Under the pieces are notes generated by a model that saw only the letters and a list, made by a program, of their open reading frames with translations, searched no databases and was not told where the DNA came from. From positions 114,516,001-114,580,000 of the forward strand of contig NW_024704743.1 of the NCBI RefSeq assembly GCF_018977255.1: a stretch of DNA of 64,000 nucleotides. The letters run 5' to 3'. Origin of the DNA: Callorhinchus milii (Eukaryota). Of the stretch, positions 12,490 through 25,054 are shown one piece after another. Each line of letters starts with the position of its first letter. Position 1 is the stretch's first letter. The translations under genes were made by a program, and so were the position numbers.

Positions 12490-12890
12490 TTCAAGTCATT
12501 ATCTCAAGAAAGAGCATCCTGCAGTGCATATCCTTAACAACTCCTGTTTTCCCCACAAAACACACAGTCAATCCACTTTATGATATATTCTGTGAAGTGC
12601 TTTGAGACGTTTCAATGACGTGATAGGCCCCATATCAAATGCAAGTATTGTTATTAACCTCCAAAAAATTACCCTCCAAAACAAAAAACAATAATAAATT
12701 GGTCATTTTCAATCCACGACTGTTTGTGGGACACTGCTGTGCGCAATTGGCTGCCACGTTTCACCCACAAATATACAATCAATTCATTTTACATATTCTG
12801 TAAAAGCATATTCTGTGAAGCGCTTTGAGACATCGAGAAGACGTGAAAAGCGCTATATCAAATGCAAGGATTATTATTTTATTATTATTA
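12490..12890 (+). mobile_element. Two tandem SINE 3' halves
   Basis: Two successive bodies and tails ending at about 12655 and 12890. Confidence 0.8.
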
Positions 12891-13539
12891 TAAATGTAAA
12901 GCATTGTTGTTGTTGTCAGCTCAGCCAGGCCCAATAAATACTGACAAGATCAGTATGAAAGGTGTTTTGTAATGAAGCAATTCAATTATTCACGTAAATG
13001 ATCAGTGCTTAAGTGTGTTTACTGATAAGCAGTGGTTCCAAGGGCATGCACTTTCCAAAAGCCTCAGACTAATTATAAAGAATCCTTATCAAGTCTTGTG
13101 AAAATCGAATAAGCTGTTTATAAGCAATTCAGATGGCACGTTAGTATTTACAAAGCATATGGAAGCCCATCCATTCTCAGTTTTTAAACTTTGTGTTTAT
13201 TGATTACTTGATGTATGATAGTAATTCAATGCAGGCAAAACAGCAATTGTAATAAAGCGATTCAAAACCAGTAGATGGGAATAGATCAATGCCAATCATG
13301 TAGGCTTCCAGCAATTAACTTTTTTTTTACATAGATTTCACCTATTCAATCTTAAGACTTAAGGATCCTCAAAACCCTTTCTTGTATTGTGTTATGCTTA
13401 AGGTCACCTTTCCCTCTCCCTTCTCAGAGTCCAACCTCATCTGTGTATTATTATTAATAAACTAGTAACTAGCATTTAAGCGCTCCAAGACGCTGCCCAG
13501 AGTGAAGGGTGCTAGATAAATGCAAGTTGTTGTGCAAGT

Positions 13540-13890
13540 TATTACTACCAGTTCCTAAGAATGATACTCAATAGCACATAATGAAAGCTCCTAATGATTT
13601 CTTTCTCTCTCTCTCTCTGTCTCCTTTCCTGCTTAAGATTGTATATATCTTTATATATTCTTTATGCAATACAAGGATCCAGCTAAACAACAATTCTGAA
13701 AATGTAATTCACTCAGACACACTGAAAGCTATTAGCGATTTCTCTTTCTCTCTCTCGCTCTCCTTTCCTTGGTTGAGATTGTAAATGGTCTATTATAGTA
13801 TTTTTAATGAAATATTCAGATACTACACGTTCCTAAGAACGTACCTCATTCAGACACACTGAAAGGTTTTATTGATTTCTCTCCCTGTGG
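13540..13890. repeat. Degenerate tandem repeat, unit about 140 bp, about 2.5 copies
   Basis: Recurrent TTC(C)TAAGAA...TCAGACACACTGAAAG...GATTTCT(CT)n blocks near 13550, 13690 and 13830. Confidence 0.65.
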
Positions 13891-16239
13891 CATGTTGACG
13901 TACATTACTGATGGTGCAGTACCCAGCATTGGAAACTAGAAGGCCTTTAACTGATTCTGAATCATATCTTTATCTTTCGGCTTGTTCAAAAGTAATAACA
14001 TTAATGATTAAGAATTCTTAATCGCAATTAATAATATTTTTCAAAAATTAATGTAGCACCTTATCACATGGTCGATTTTGACTGTGAAGTGTAGTGACCT
14101 TTTCTGTAGATAAACGTAATTTCAGGAACTGTTATTTTTCAAACTTTGATTCATTTTTCTGTTTTCCGTTTTTTTCAGTCTTTGAAGGCCACACGTGATC
14201 TTTACACACGGCAATTATTGGCTCAATTAAACGGCTGGAGTTGTGAATATGTGATAAACAGTGCTGACAGGATCTCCTGTAAGTGAGGTGAGGGAAGCAG
14301 CCCATTCATCACCAGTTGTCTCAGTTGCCTTGTTCGGTGCCCTATTGGGCTACATAAATAAAGTGATACATTGCTTTAGTGCTGTTGGCCAATGGGGTCA
14401 CCTGTTTCAATCCTCGTAGGACATTTTGTTCTCACAGCACTTCTTCCTAACATTCTCTGGGTCCATTTATCAGACGTATAATGTCATTCAGGGGTAGCAG
14501 TGCTCTCTCTTTGACTCTCTCCCACACACTGTAACTGCTCACCAAATGCTCCACAGTTCTAGAGCAAGCGAGAGTGCCTTGCAGATTCACTCTCAACCAT
14601 GAGTCAACTAACCAACTCTTACCGTAATCAACACGTTCATGAAGTGGCCATCTACAAACACACTGTGAACAGCATGAGTTGCATAACACTGCAACTTGGG
14701 AGCTTTTCAGGATTTATTTTCATGTTCGAGAAACTCATTATTATTTTCTTGAGCTCTCGAATATTTGAATGTTAATTAAAACTTCCCAACATAATCTTTT
14801 CAATGTGGTTTGTGCAAGGTAACTGACGCTTCACACACCATATGTTGGAATTGGTTACAGTGCAGGGTCTAGCTCTGGTTTCTCCACATAATTTTCTATA
14901 CAATATATATGTATCATATATATGCTGTATTATATATTATTTTGTCCAGCCGTGTGTCTGACACAGGTCTTCTCAGTCCACCTTTCCCTCCCTGTCTCTC
15001 TCTCTCTTTTAAGAAGACTGCCCTTCCATGGTCTGTTTCCTTGCTCATATCTCTCTCTCCCTCTCTACCATGGTGTCATTATATGATGGCCCACAGACTT
15101 CCCTGCCCTTCCTTAAATGACCGGTAGAGACTATGTGTCATTAGGGTATCATGGACATAAGAATAAAAGTATTGACACATGCAAGAGAAAGTGGATCCCT
15201 TCTGTCTCAGAATACCTCTGAATCCCTTCCTCCCCATATTCAAGACTGCTTCAAGGCGTATTTGACTGCACTTTTGGTCTTCTTTCCCTTCCCCAGCCTC
15301 TTCATATCGAACATTTGGTCTTTTCTTTCCTAAGATCTAACAAACTGTCACAAAACACGTTTGAGCAATGACACAAATGACAATCGAACAATCAATCAAT
15401 ACTCCGGCAACTGCCCCACTGTTGTTACTTACTGTTGCCACCCGAGTTTTAAAGGGACACCACCTTCCTGAAAAACTCTGATAATCTGTAGAGAACCAAT
15501 TGGCACAAACCCAGATTGTTTGGATTCCATTTGCTTGTGTGAATTGGTAGAGGCATGAATTATATAGGCAGCTGTGCAAAATGTATTGCTTTATAAATTA
15601 ATTCTCTATTGGTTTGTATCCAAACCAGAGTGGCTCATGTATGAATTATGTGAAGTGAAGCCCATTAGAATACTGCATTACATTGAGCAACCTTGAGAGG
15701 GGGAATGCATCCTCTGCAGCTATACCAATAAATCACATCCATTTTGAACTAAGGTATAACTCTACCTTTTACGTGCTGCTCTGTTACATTTATAATAGCT
15801 GTTCTAGGCTCTAAAATTAAATGTATGGTTCTCTTCACATTAACCAAAACGCTTTGGCCTAATATCACTTCACTGTACTTTGCTTTATGAAAAGATATTT
15901 GCAGTTAAATTAGAATCAACAAATAAAGGAGCTCTCATATATTTGGTTTAACACAGGCAAAGGAAAATTGTTGTGACCGATCAATTTATAACAGCAGTAA
16001 ATATCTCAAATCCAAACTGAAATATGAATAGCGTTCCCTTCAACTTCTCCATATTTTGTAGAAATGAATCTGAACATTTGTTTTAGAAATAAGGTCACCA
16101 TGTTCAACGCAAGTCATTCACAGTAAGTGTGCGACAGTCAACAAGCTGAGAGAAAACCAATAAAGCAAGTACCTTGTTTTTTCAGATCACTGTCCTCTGT
16201 CATGCCATTTAATCATTTGTGCAAGTAATTAGCAGAATG

Positions 16240-16395
16240 AATCAGAATATTACAGAACAGAAGGAGGCCATTTGGTCCATCGTACCTGTGCCGACTTTTT
16301 GGAAGAGCTACCCAATCAGTCCTACTCCCCTGCTCTTTCCCCATATCTTTGCAATTATTTCCTCTTCAAGAACCTATCCAATTCACTTTTGAAGT
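16240..16395 (-). mobile_element. CR1 3' end
   Basis: Plus strand reads AGAATATTACAGAACAGAAGGAGGCCATTTGGTCCATCG..., the reverse complement of a CR1 3' UTR and tail. Confidence 0.7.
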
Positions 16396-17009
16396 GAAGA
16401 CATGTCACTTTAATAATAATCCTAATAATGCTTGCATTTAATATAGCGCCTTTCGCATCAGGAGGCAGTCTCAAAGAGCTTCATAGGATTTACTGTAACA
16501 CTTAGTGACTGGGTATTTTGTAGGCAAAATGACCGTGACATGATAAGTCTTTAGGACAGAGGTTGCATTTCTGCAGCAAACTCTCTGGAGTTTGGAGTTT
16601 GTAGTCTATTTGAACACTAGAAGTAAATCACTTTTGCTAAACATCTCAGCAGATAATTAAGCTTAAAAGCATATGGCTGCCATTGGTACCCAAAATGAAT
16701 GTGATTGCCAGAAAGGCAATTGTGCTCCCTGCAGTTTTTAGTGAAATTTTGATATGCAATATTGTATTTATCGCTTCCATTTCTCAAATGCACTCAGTAT
16801 TCCTTCTGTGCATTAAATGCAATCTCATATTTTTACCTGCACCCACACAAGCTCAATGCCTGATGGATCAAGCAAGACTGGTGGCTTTGTATTAATTTTA
16901 TCGAGCAGGTGAGTTTTCAGCCAGTACCATGGCCCAGCAAGTTTATCCACTGAGTGATTTAAAGCTGAGATGTATAGGAAAATCCACCTTTCAATCACAG
17001 GTCTGTGTT

Positions 17010-17165
17010 CAATCATAGAATCATAGAATTGTACAGCACAAAAAGAGGCCATTCGGCCCATCAAGTCTGTGCCGGCTCTTTGAATAGAGCAATTAATGTC
17101 AATCCCACTTCCCAGCCCTTTCCCCATAACCCTGCAAACCCGTCCTCCTCAAATACCCATCCACC
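17010..17165 (-). mobile_element. CR1 3' end with (GATTCTAT)n-type tail
   Basis: AATCATAGAATCATAGAATTGTACAGCAC...GGCCATTCGGCCCATC on the plus strand. Confidence 0.8.
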
Positions 17166-17314
17166 ACGTTGTGTTAGCTAATAGTGTGTTTGCCAGTTTG
17201 GGGGGAGGGGTGGGGGCACAATTGGTCTTAGCGCCCCAGAATGCTAATCAACAAGCCCTGTTGGAAAGACAGATGTCTAGCTGTGAATTCAGGGCAGAAA
17301 TTGTAAACTAGCAA

Positions 17315-17585
17315 AAACAACAACAAGATTACATTTGTATAACACCTGTCAGGTCGGGAGGACGTCCCAAGGTGCTGGACAGAGTACAGCATTTCAGATC
17401 CGAGCTGGGGTTGGGGGCATAAGGGAGGGGAGGGGAAGGGGGGTGGCCGATGGGATGGGAGGAGGATCTTGAGGCAGGACTTGAAGGAGGCTAAGGAGAG
17501 GGCGAGGCAGAGTGACTGGGGGATGGAATTCCAGAGATTGGGGGCAGAGTGGCTGAAAGCAAGAGATCAAAGCCTTCAGAGAAAG
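17315..17585 (-). mobile_element. L2 3' fragment (CTCCC-loop tail, (TTG)n end)
   Basis: Minus strand ...CTGGAATTCCATCC...TCCTTCAAGTCC...TTGGGACGTCCTCCCGACCTGA...AAATGTAATCTTGTTGTTG. Confidence 0.8.
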
Positions 17586-17958
17586 AGGTGACAAAAGAAA
17601 ATGAGATTAAAGGTAGTGTAAAATAAAATTGGAGGTCAAGGAAAGTTAACATAGTCAAGTTTTCCTTCTGAATATCTTTACAAAAATATATATACATATA
17701 TATATTTAAAAACTTGAATAATTTTTATGGTGTTTTATTTTTTAATATCTTATTTAAACAGTATTTTTTTATCTGAAGACAATACAGCAAGATTACAGTA
17801 TGAGATACAGACTGATGTGAACAAATCCTCCACCGGAATTGCTTTCATTGGAGTCGAGAAGGATCACAAGTGTTTGTGGAGAGGAGGCAATTAGAGAAAT
17901 AGTAAAGATGTAGAGAAAGACAAACTATTTGATACTGAACAAACATCTATACATATAA

Positions 17959-18333
17959 AATAATAATAATCCTTGCATTTGATATAGCGCTTTTCACATC
18001 TTCTAGAAGTTTTTTCAAAGCGCTTCACAGAATATACTGTGGAGTGAATGGACTGTATATTTACAGGAAAAACGCAGCAGTCAATTGCACACAGCAGTGT
18101 CCCACAAACAGTTGTGGATTGAGTGAACAAATGATTACTGTTTTTTTGTTGAGGGATTATTATCCCCGGAAAAGTGATCTGCCAATCAACTAACAACTGG
18201 GTTCCTACTTACTGCGAGGTAAACAGAGGCATGCGGAATAAGGAAACTTGCCCAACATTTTGCCCTGCTGGGAATCGAACCCAGGTCTCTCACTTGCGAG
18301 GTGAGTGCTCTCACCACTGAGCAGCAGGACTCC
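17959..18333 (-). mobile_element. Full-length tRNA-head SINE (long form)
   Basis: Head with A and B boxes, body, TAGAA-loop tail and (ATT)n. Confidence 0.9.
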
Positions 18334-19554
18334 GAGTCATTGAGCCATTACCTTAGTTCCTTCAAACAATGATGGGTTTCCACATGTATCAGATACTGGG
18401 CTCACCTAAATGAAATTCAGACAATCATGACTCACAAGATCCCTAAGCCAGTTTCTAACTCTCATTGATGTCTAAAAACATGCTGCAGCTGTGTGGACAC
18501 AGGAAAAGGATCTGAAACTGAGAGTTTTCCTCAGGCAATCCCCTGTATGGATGGCAGACTTGAAGCATCGATGCAGATGCATCAAAGCCAAAGTCTTGAG
18601 AGACTGGAGGGGCAGTTACAGTAATAAAGATGTGGCCTAATTACAACCTAGGTAGAGAAAGCCATTTAGGATAGAAAAATTAACTGAAATAGCAAATGAG
18701 GCATTGAGCTGGAAAAAAATTATTCACATTCGCGAGAAACTGTCTGGACAGTGCTTTGGTGTCATGAAAACTGTGCAGTTGATTATGAACACATGATTTA
18801 ACATGCTACAATAAAGAAACAGTCATCTCAGTTAATTCCTTGGTACTGCCGAGTGCTTCAGGTTTCAGAAACTTGGAACCGGAAAAGACCATCTGGCTCC
18901 TCAAATCTGCCCCTTCCACATACTTCCTCACTAACAGTTTTCATCCTATTGTGGAGTTTCTGTTTGTTTAAACATGTTCAGTGTCTGATTGCTCAATAAG
19001 AACCAAATGGTCCTTCTAATCCAATTACCCAACCCCCTATATACATTTATTTTAAATAAAAGAAACTTGCCTCTAGACTACAAAGAAAATTTAAAGCAGG
19101 CTTTGGCCCAAAATAATTGTAGCCTGCTATAATTATTTTGGGTTGAACTAAATTCCAAATCAAATTAATAATGTTTTCTTTGTAGTTTATAGAGTCTCAG
19201 AATAAAACGTTATTGGTGTGGAGTACACACCACTGATAATACTAGACATTAACTACACAGTTATCTTGATATTGGACCAATATTTTCTAAATGTGTAAGA
19301 GGGCTTAGAAATGTACTCCCCAGTTCTCCTGCAATATTCAGGCTCCACAAATTACACTGTCACCTAATCATTAACAGTGATATGTCATAACGCTGTCTGC
19401 CTTCTGCAGGATGATAGGGCAGGGCGACTGTAAGTACAACTTGCTTTCTTAGCCGCTTCAGCCTTGATGAGTTGAATGTGCTACTTCTATGCTGGAAATT
19501 TCTATATCAGTGAGCCAGGCCCAGAGGTCCAGCAGGAAAATAGGCGCCGAATGC

Positions 19555-19980
19555 ATAATAATAATCCTTGCCTTTGATATAGCCCCTCATCACGTCTTCT
19601 AGAAATCTCAAAACGCTTCCCAGAATATACTATAAAGTACATTGACTGTATTCCAGGGACTTGGGACATCCTCCAGACATGAAAGGTGCTCTATAAATGT
19701 AATTTTGTTGTTGTATAATTTGTGGGTGAAACACGACAGCCAATTGCGCACAGCAGTGTCCAACAAACAGTAGTCGATTGAATGACCAAATTATTATTTT
19801 ATTTATTTAAAAAAGGGACTATTGCCCCCGAAAAAGTGATCCTCCAATCAACTACAACCGGGTTCCTACTTACCGCTAGGTAAAAAGAGGTGCATGGAGT
19901 AAGGAAACTTGCCCGGGAATCGAACCCAGGTCCTCTCGCTTGCAAGGCGAGTGCTATAACCTACTAAGCTACAGGACTCC
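19555..19980 (-). mobile_element. Full-length tRNA-head SINE (long form) with an L2 tail inserted at 19652-19711
   Basis: Head GGAGTCCTGTAGCTTAG...GGTTCGATTCCC; the insertion is flanked by TGTAT on both sides. Confidence 0.88.
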
Positions 19981-22900
19981 ACATTACGTTAGTTAACCCT
20001 CTTCCCTATCAAGGTGAAGTTTAAGCTGTAATTTTCCAAACGACAGATGAAATGAAATGAAGAGCTGATAAGAGGGGAAAATAGGCAATGTGTTCAGAAG
20101 ATTTTTTTCAAAAGAAAGCTGCCCATTCAAACAGTAGTTAATAAATAATAGGTAATAAATTCATTTGTTTACTCATACAATAGATTACACAAAATTGTCA
20201 TTTTCCTCAGTTTTTAAGCATACAGAGTTTTGTAATTAAGTGATCACAGTGTCTATACTTGGATGGGGGTGGGGAAGAGAAATGCAGTGGCAATGTCAGT
20301 AAATATGCAATAAAACAGTAGCAGGATGGCCCTCATGGGTTAATGTATTCCCAGAAATTCGACCTGCAAGCTTCCAGCTTGCTCTGCAGGGCTCAGAAAA
20401 GGAGTCGTGAAGGATCCACTCTCCTGGCACTCGGCAACCCAGTCACCTGCCTCTTGCGGGTACTGGCACTGCTTCTTCCTCCTGATGTGAGGCACTGATA
20501 TTTCCAAACGTGGAGCTGGCATTGTCTTCAGAAACCGTATTAGTCTCCTGCACCGTCTCAACAGTGGCTGTGGTGAGCTCCTCTTCTGTGAAGACATAAG
20601 ACCGTTCATATTATCAGACAATGAGCTGGACTAGACATCTGATGTGCTTGCAGTTTTACCACTGCAGGCAGCATAAAGCAAATACAGTAATTTTCTTCGC
20701 AAATAGATGAAAGACAAAGGACATTAATGAGGACTTGCAAGACTCGGCTGCACATTGGGTCCAACAATCTTTTTTTTGTGTAAACAAGAGCAGGTATAAA
20801 GCAAATTTTAACCTAATTATTACTAATAAACAGACATCAGTGTGGGCATTTCTAAATAGGAATTTCACAAAATTGTAATTCATTAATACCAGTGAAAGAA
20901 TAGTAACTAATGACGGTGACCCACAGTAATGGGTCTTTCATGCCACCAAAGCCATTAACAAGGTATAATAATGCTATAATACTAAAATGTCTACAATTAT
21001 AGATCTGGACAGTCAAATCCAAAGCGAAAACGATTCACTTAGATTAACAAGGCTGCAAGAATTAGAAATAATCCCTGCATTTGATCAAGTACTTCTAGAT
21101 GCTGCCCCAAGCGAAGGGTGCTACGAAAATGCAAGTTGTTGCCTTATCACGTCGTCGAAACATTTCAAAGTGCTTCCCAGGAATTCACTGTGAAGTGTAG
21201 TGACTGTATAAATGTGGCAAAGTTCCTGCCAAAAGTCTTTAAAAATCTCTCAAATTATGCTGGCTTTTCCCCTTCTTTTCATTGAAGGAAGAAAAAAAAT
21301 GCAGCGTTTTGTATCAGATTCCACATGCTTCAGAATAGGTTATATCACAATTTTTCATCCATTCTTAGACTAACTGCTGTACCCCACTCCTTCCTGTGCC
21401 CCCCAAACCCACAAGATGGTTAAGTACGAAGATGGTTTCAAGATTTTCAGCACCACTATTTTGGTTTTTCAGTAACAGCCCCCAATATCCTGCTCCCCTT
21501 CATGCACATCACTGGTCGTGTACATTTGCTACCAAATAGTCAGTATATTTTACAGTGAATCCTGTAAAGTGCTTTGAGACATCCCCCAGATGTGAAAGGC
21601 ACTTTTACCAAATCAAAGCTTTTTTTAATTTAGCTTCATTTTCACAAAGTTATTCAAATACAGTAATGTTGGACCTATTGTATGCCTTTTATCCTGTTAG
21701 TCCTCTGGACCCTGCAGTCGTAGATATATTCATGCAGAGCAACATCACTGTGTTTTATAAACTTTACAATGAATTATGTAAATAAAACATTAAACTGATT
21801 CTATCACTTACCAGAGTCCAGCAGCCTTTGATAGAGCTTGTGTCATCACTGGAGTATCTGCCCTTTTTTTGGTTTGGTCTCCATCTCAGATGAACAGCCT
21901 TGATCCTCTGTTGTGCTCCAGCTCACATCTTGCATAATGGGCAAGGTCATCGATTTGTTTCCAGGCATTTTCCTAGACTTTAGATTAATGATCTAACCCT
22001 CTAACAGTGCTGCCTTATACATTAACATAGTCATACTTTGGAGATTTTACAGTCTACAGATTCTTTTCTTTATTTGGTAGAAATGTACAAAGTTCCACTT
22101 GACTAAGTTTGGCCTTTTGTAGTCAGTATTGGCCGCTAATGCTGGATGTCTATTTACAACTAGAAGCTTTAAATTGGTGCATCTCCATAGGTCTAAGCAC
22201 TATAATATCAACATATGTCCAACTGCATAGCTTACATTTCAGCCAACACCATGATAAATATGTGTGTGTGCAGCGCTAAACTGAACAGAGATAATAATGC
22301 AAAACAAAATAATAGAAGAATCTCACCTTTAATTTTTCATTAAAATTTTTTTTTTTTTTTAAAAACGGACGGTAGTTTTACATTCTAACCTAAAAATTGC
22401 CTCAGGTCACTTAAGAGGTTTATCCCCACTGGTCGATTCACGTTTGGAGGCGAGTGTGCATTTTCAGCGACCAATCGCGGACCTTGGTGATGTACGCTCT
22501 TATCAAAGCACTCTGAGACGCTACACGTATGAAGGACATTATATAAATCCAAGTGGTTGTTCCATTATCATTATAACATTAAAAACATAAGCAAATGGCG
22601 ACACTGATCCACAAATTTACTGACTGTAGAAGAACAATGGCTTTGTGCCAGTCCCAGTGAAATCACAGGAGAAATGGAGCGTGTGTTGCCTCACTTAGTT
22701 TTAAGACAAATGAAGCTGGTTCTGATCTTCTCTTTCCCTGGAGTGTTGCCCAAGGATAGATTAGCAGTCTGAAGTATTAGCTGTTCAGGAAGATACAGTA
22801 CAACAGATTGCTTTATAGTCAGTTCAGCAAATCTTCCATTTCGCCATATCAAAATACTTAAGTCATGAAAGTGCCAAGGCAGAATCACATAGTAAGTAAA

Positions 22901-23734
22901 TATTTATGGATATGGTCAGCTAAAATACTTCAAGAATCGAAGTTAATCCAAGAAGCTGCAGAGAATTAAAAATGAGAGGAAGACAGCAGAAACCAAACAG
23001 AATTTTCTTCAAGCCTATTTTGGCCCATTTGCTCTCTACACGTCCTCCCGACATGAAAGGCGCTATACAAATGTAAATGCAATCTTGTTGTTGTTGTAGT
23101 ACACACGTGCACACCCCACTTTCCAGAAAAGCACACACCCTACCTATACCCACTCATACTCACAGCCCACCCATGCATGCACACACACTCCACTCAATGC
23201 ACACATATATCTGCACTGGTATACACATCATACTTGCAGTCGCATACACACTCCATCCCACATGCCTACAAACCACCCGAACCCAGCATTTTCTGTAAAG
23301 AGTAGTGGCTGTGCATTTTGTAGGCAAAAAGGAAACTAGCTGGCCACGAAATTCTTCGAATACTGAACACTTTTTCAAAATGTGTGATCATCTTCAAAGG
23401 AACATTTCTAATACTTTTAAGATTAGTTTATTAAGACTTTTTTAAAAAATACTGGATCAATCAAATGTTGAATGAAGTTCAATCCCAGGAGAGATAGAAA
23501 TAAACAACAACAACAACATTACATTTGTAAAGCGCCTTTCACGTCGGGAGGACTTCCCAAGGCACTAGAAATAAAGTGGATTGGTCTAGCAGGGTGGGTG
23601 TTACAAGTTAATTTATTTTCATCTTTAATAGAGAAGATGAACAGAGAGGAAGCCACATTGGAAATATTTTGCTTTGCAGCAGTTGCAGCACAAGCCTTTC
23701 TATAACCTGAGCTGGAAAGCATTGCAGAATAATA

Positions 23735-24150
23735 ATTAATAATTTGATATAGCGCCTTACCACAATGTTGATGCATCTCAAAGTGCTTTACAGGATATTT
23801 TGTATATTTTGAGGCAAACATGGCAGCTCAATTGTGCACAGCAATGTCCCACAAACAGCCATAAAACAAATGACCAATTTTATTTAAGGGATTTGTTGGG
23901 CAGGACACAGGGAGAAACTCCATTCTCTTTTTGCATAGTGCCATGGAATCCTTAACATCCACCTGAACAGGCAGACGGGACCACGGTTTAACGTCTCATC
24001 TGAAGGACAGCACCTCCAACAATGCAAACCTCCCCAGCACTGCATCGGAGTGGCAGCTTTGACTATGTGATTCCAAGTCCTGACGTGGGGCTTGAACCCA
24101 CAACCTTCTGACAGAGAAGAGAGTGCTACCACTGAACCACGCAGACATAC
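23735..24150 (-). mobile_element. Full-length DeuSINE (SacSINE1/AmnSINE1-like)
   Basis: tRNA head, then CCACTCCGATGCAGTGCTGGGGAGG...GGAGGTGCTGTCCTTCAGATGAGACGTTAAACCG...CAGGTGGATGTTAAGGATTCCATGGCACTA, Deu-type body and L2-type tail. Confidence 0.85.
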
Positions 24151-24239
24151 ATCTTCAGTACATGTTTGCTCATTGAAGTTCCAATTTACTCCACCTGAAT
24201 ACTCTCAGTTCTGTATTTCTGCATTGGCAGTTCACTGGT

Positions 24240-24580
24240 GGGGATAATCTGTAGACATAAATAGGCTGTTTCCACTTGGTGGTGAGTCCATAACAAGGGG
24301 GCATAAATATAACATTGCAAGGTAGTTCAGTTAAGGAGAAACTTCTTTAACAAAGCATCAATGCATCTATGTGGAAACACAATCTGAGAGAAAGGAATAG
24401 CAGGAAGAGCAGTTCACTGTAAAAAATGAATGGAAGCTGGGGTTTGAGACAGGGAATGGTGCGGGGGGGGAATGGTGTGTGGGGGAGAGGGGAATCAGGA
24501 TGGTTGGAGGCTCACACAGAGTATGAGATACAGACTGATTGCAGGAGCGCAGATTGAAGCTCATGGCCTCTTTATGTCAT
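24240..24580 (+). mobile_element. Rearranged CR1 3' fragment
   Basis: VDINRLFPLGGESITRGHKY (CR1 C-terminus), then GAGAAAGGAATAG and GGAGGCTC as in a CR1 3' UTR. Confidence 0.7.
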
Positions 24581-24965
24581 AGCTTTTTTATTAAAATTAA
24601 GAAAAATAGGTCTTAATCAGGAGCAGAAATGCCAATGCAATCTTCCAAAGGTTAAATACTGCTCTTCAGTGTCTATCTGCAGCGACTGGTATTTAAATGT
24701 TGTAAAAGTCGCATGCTAATATTAAGTATTATTAAAAAATGTTAATGTGACTTTTAACCAGCCATACTTGACTAATAAGCATCTCTGCAAACGCTGCCTG
24801 ATAAAGTGTTACATCTGTTATCACATATTGCATTTCGTAAGATGGATTCACAATGAATTATTACTCTAATTGTATCATTCAATTTATTAATTGGGATTTG
24901 ACAAACCTCATTTGGTTGCCAGCTTCCATTCATTTTTCACAGTGAACTGCTCTTCCTGCTATTCC
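24394..24965. repeat. 47-bp inverted repeat (24394-24440 and 24919-24965), one mismatch
   Basis: GGAATAGCAGGAAGAGCAGTTCACTGTAAAAAATGAATGGAAGCTGG versus CCAGCTTCCATTCATTTTTCACAGTGAACTGCTCTTCCTGCTATTCC. Confidence 0.95.
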
Positions 24966-25054
24966 CCAAATAGCAAGTATGGTGGCATATAAATCCCTTA
25001 AGGCATCACTAACTAAGGGCTTCACTGACTTGCTCTTGCAGATTTAAACAGCCC

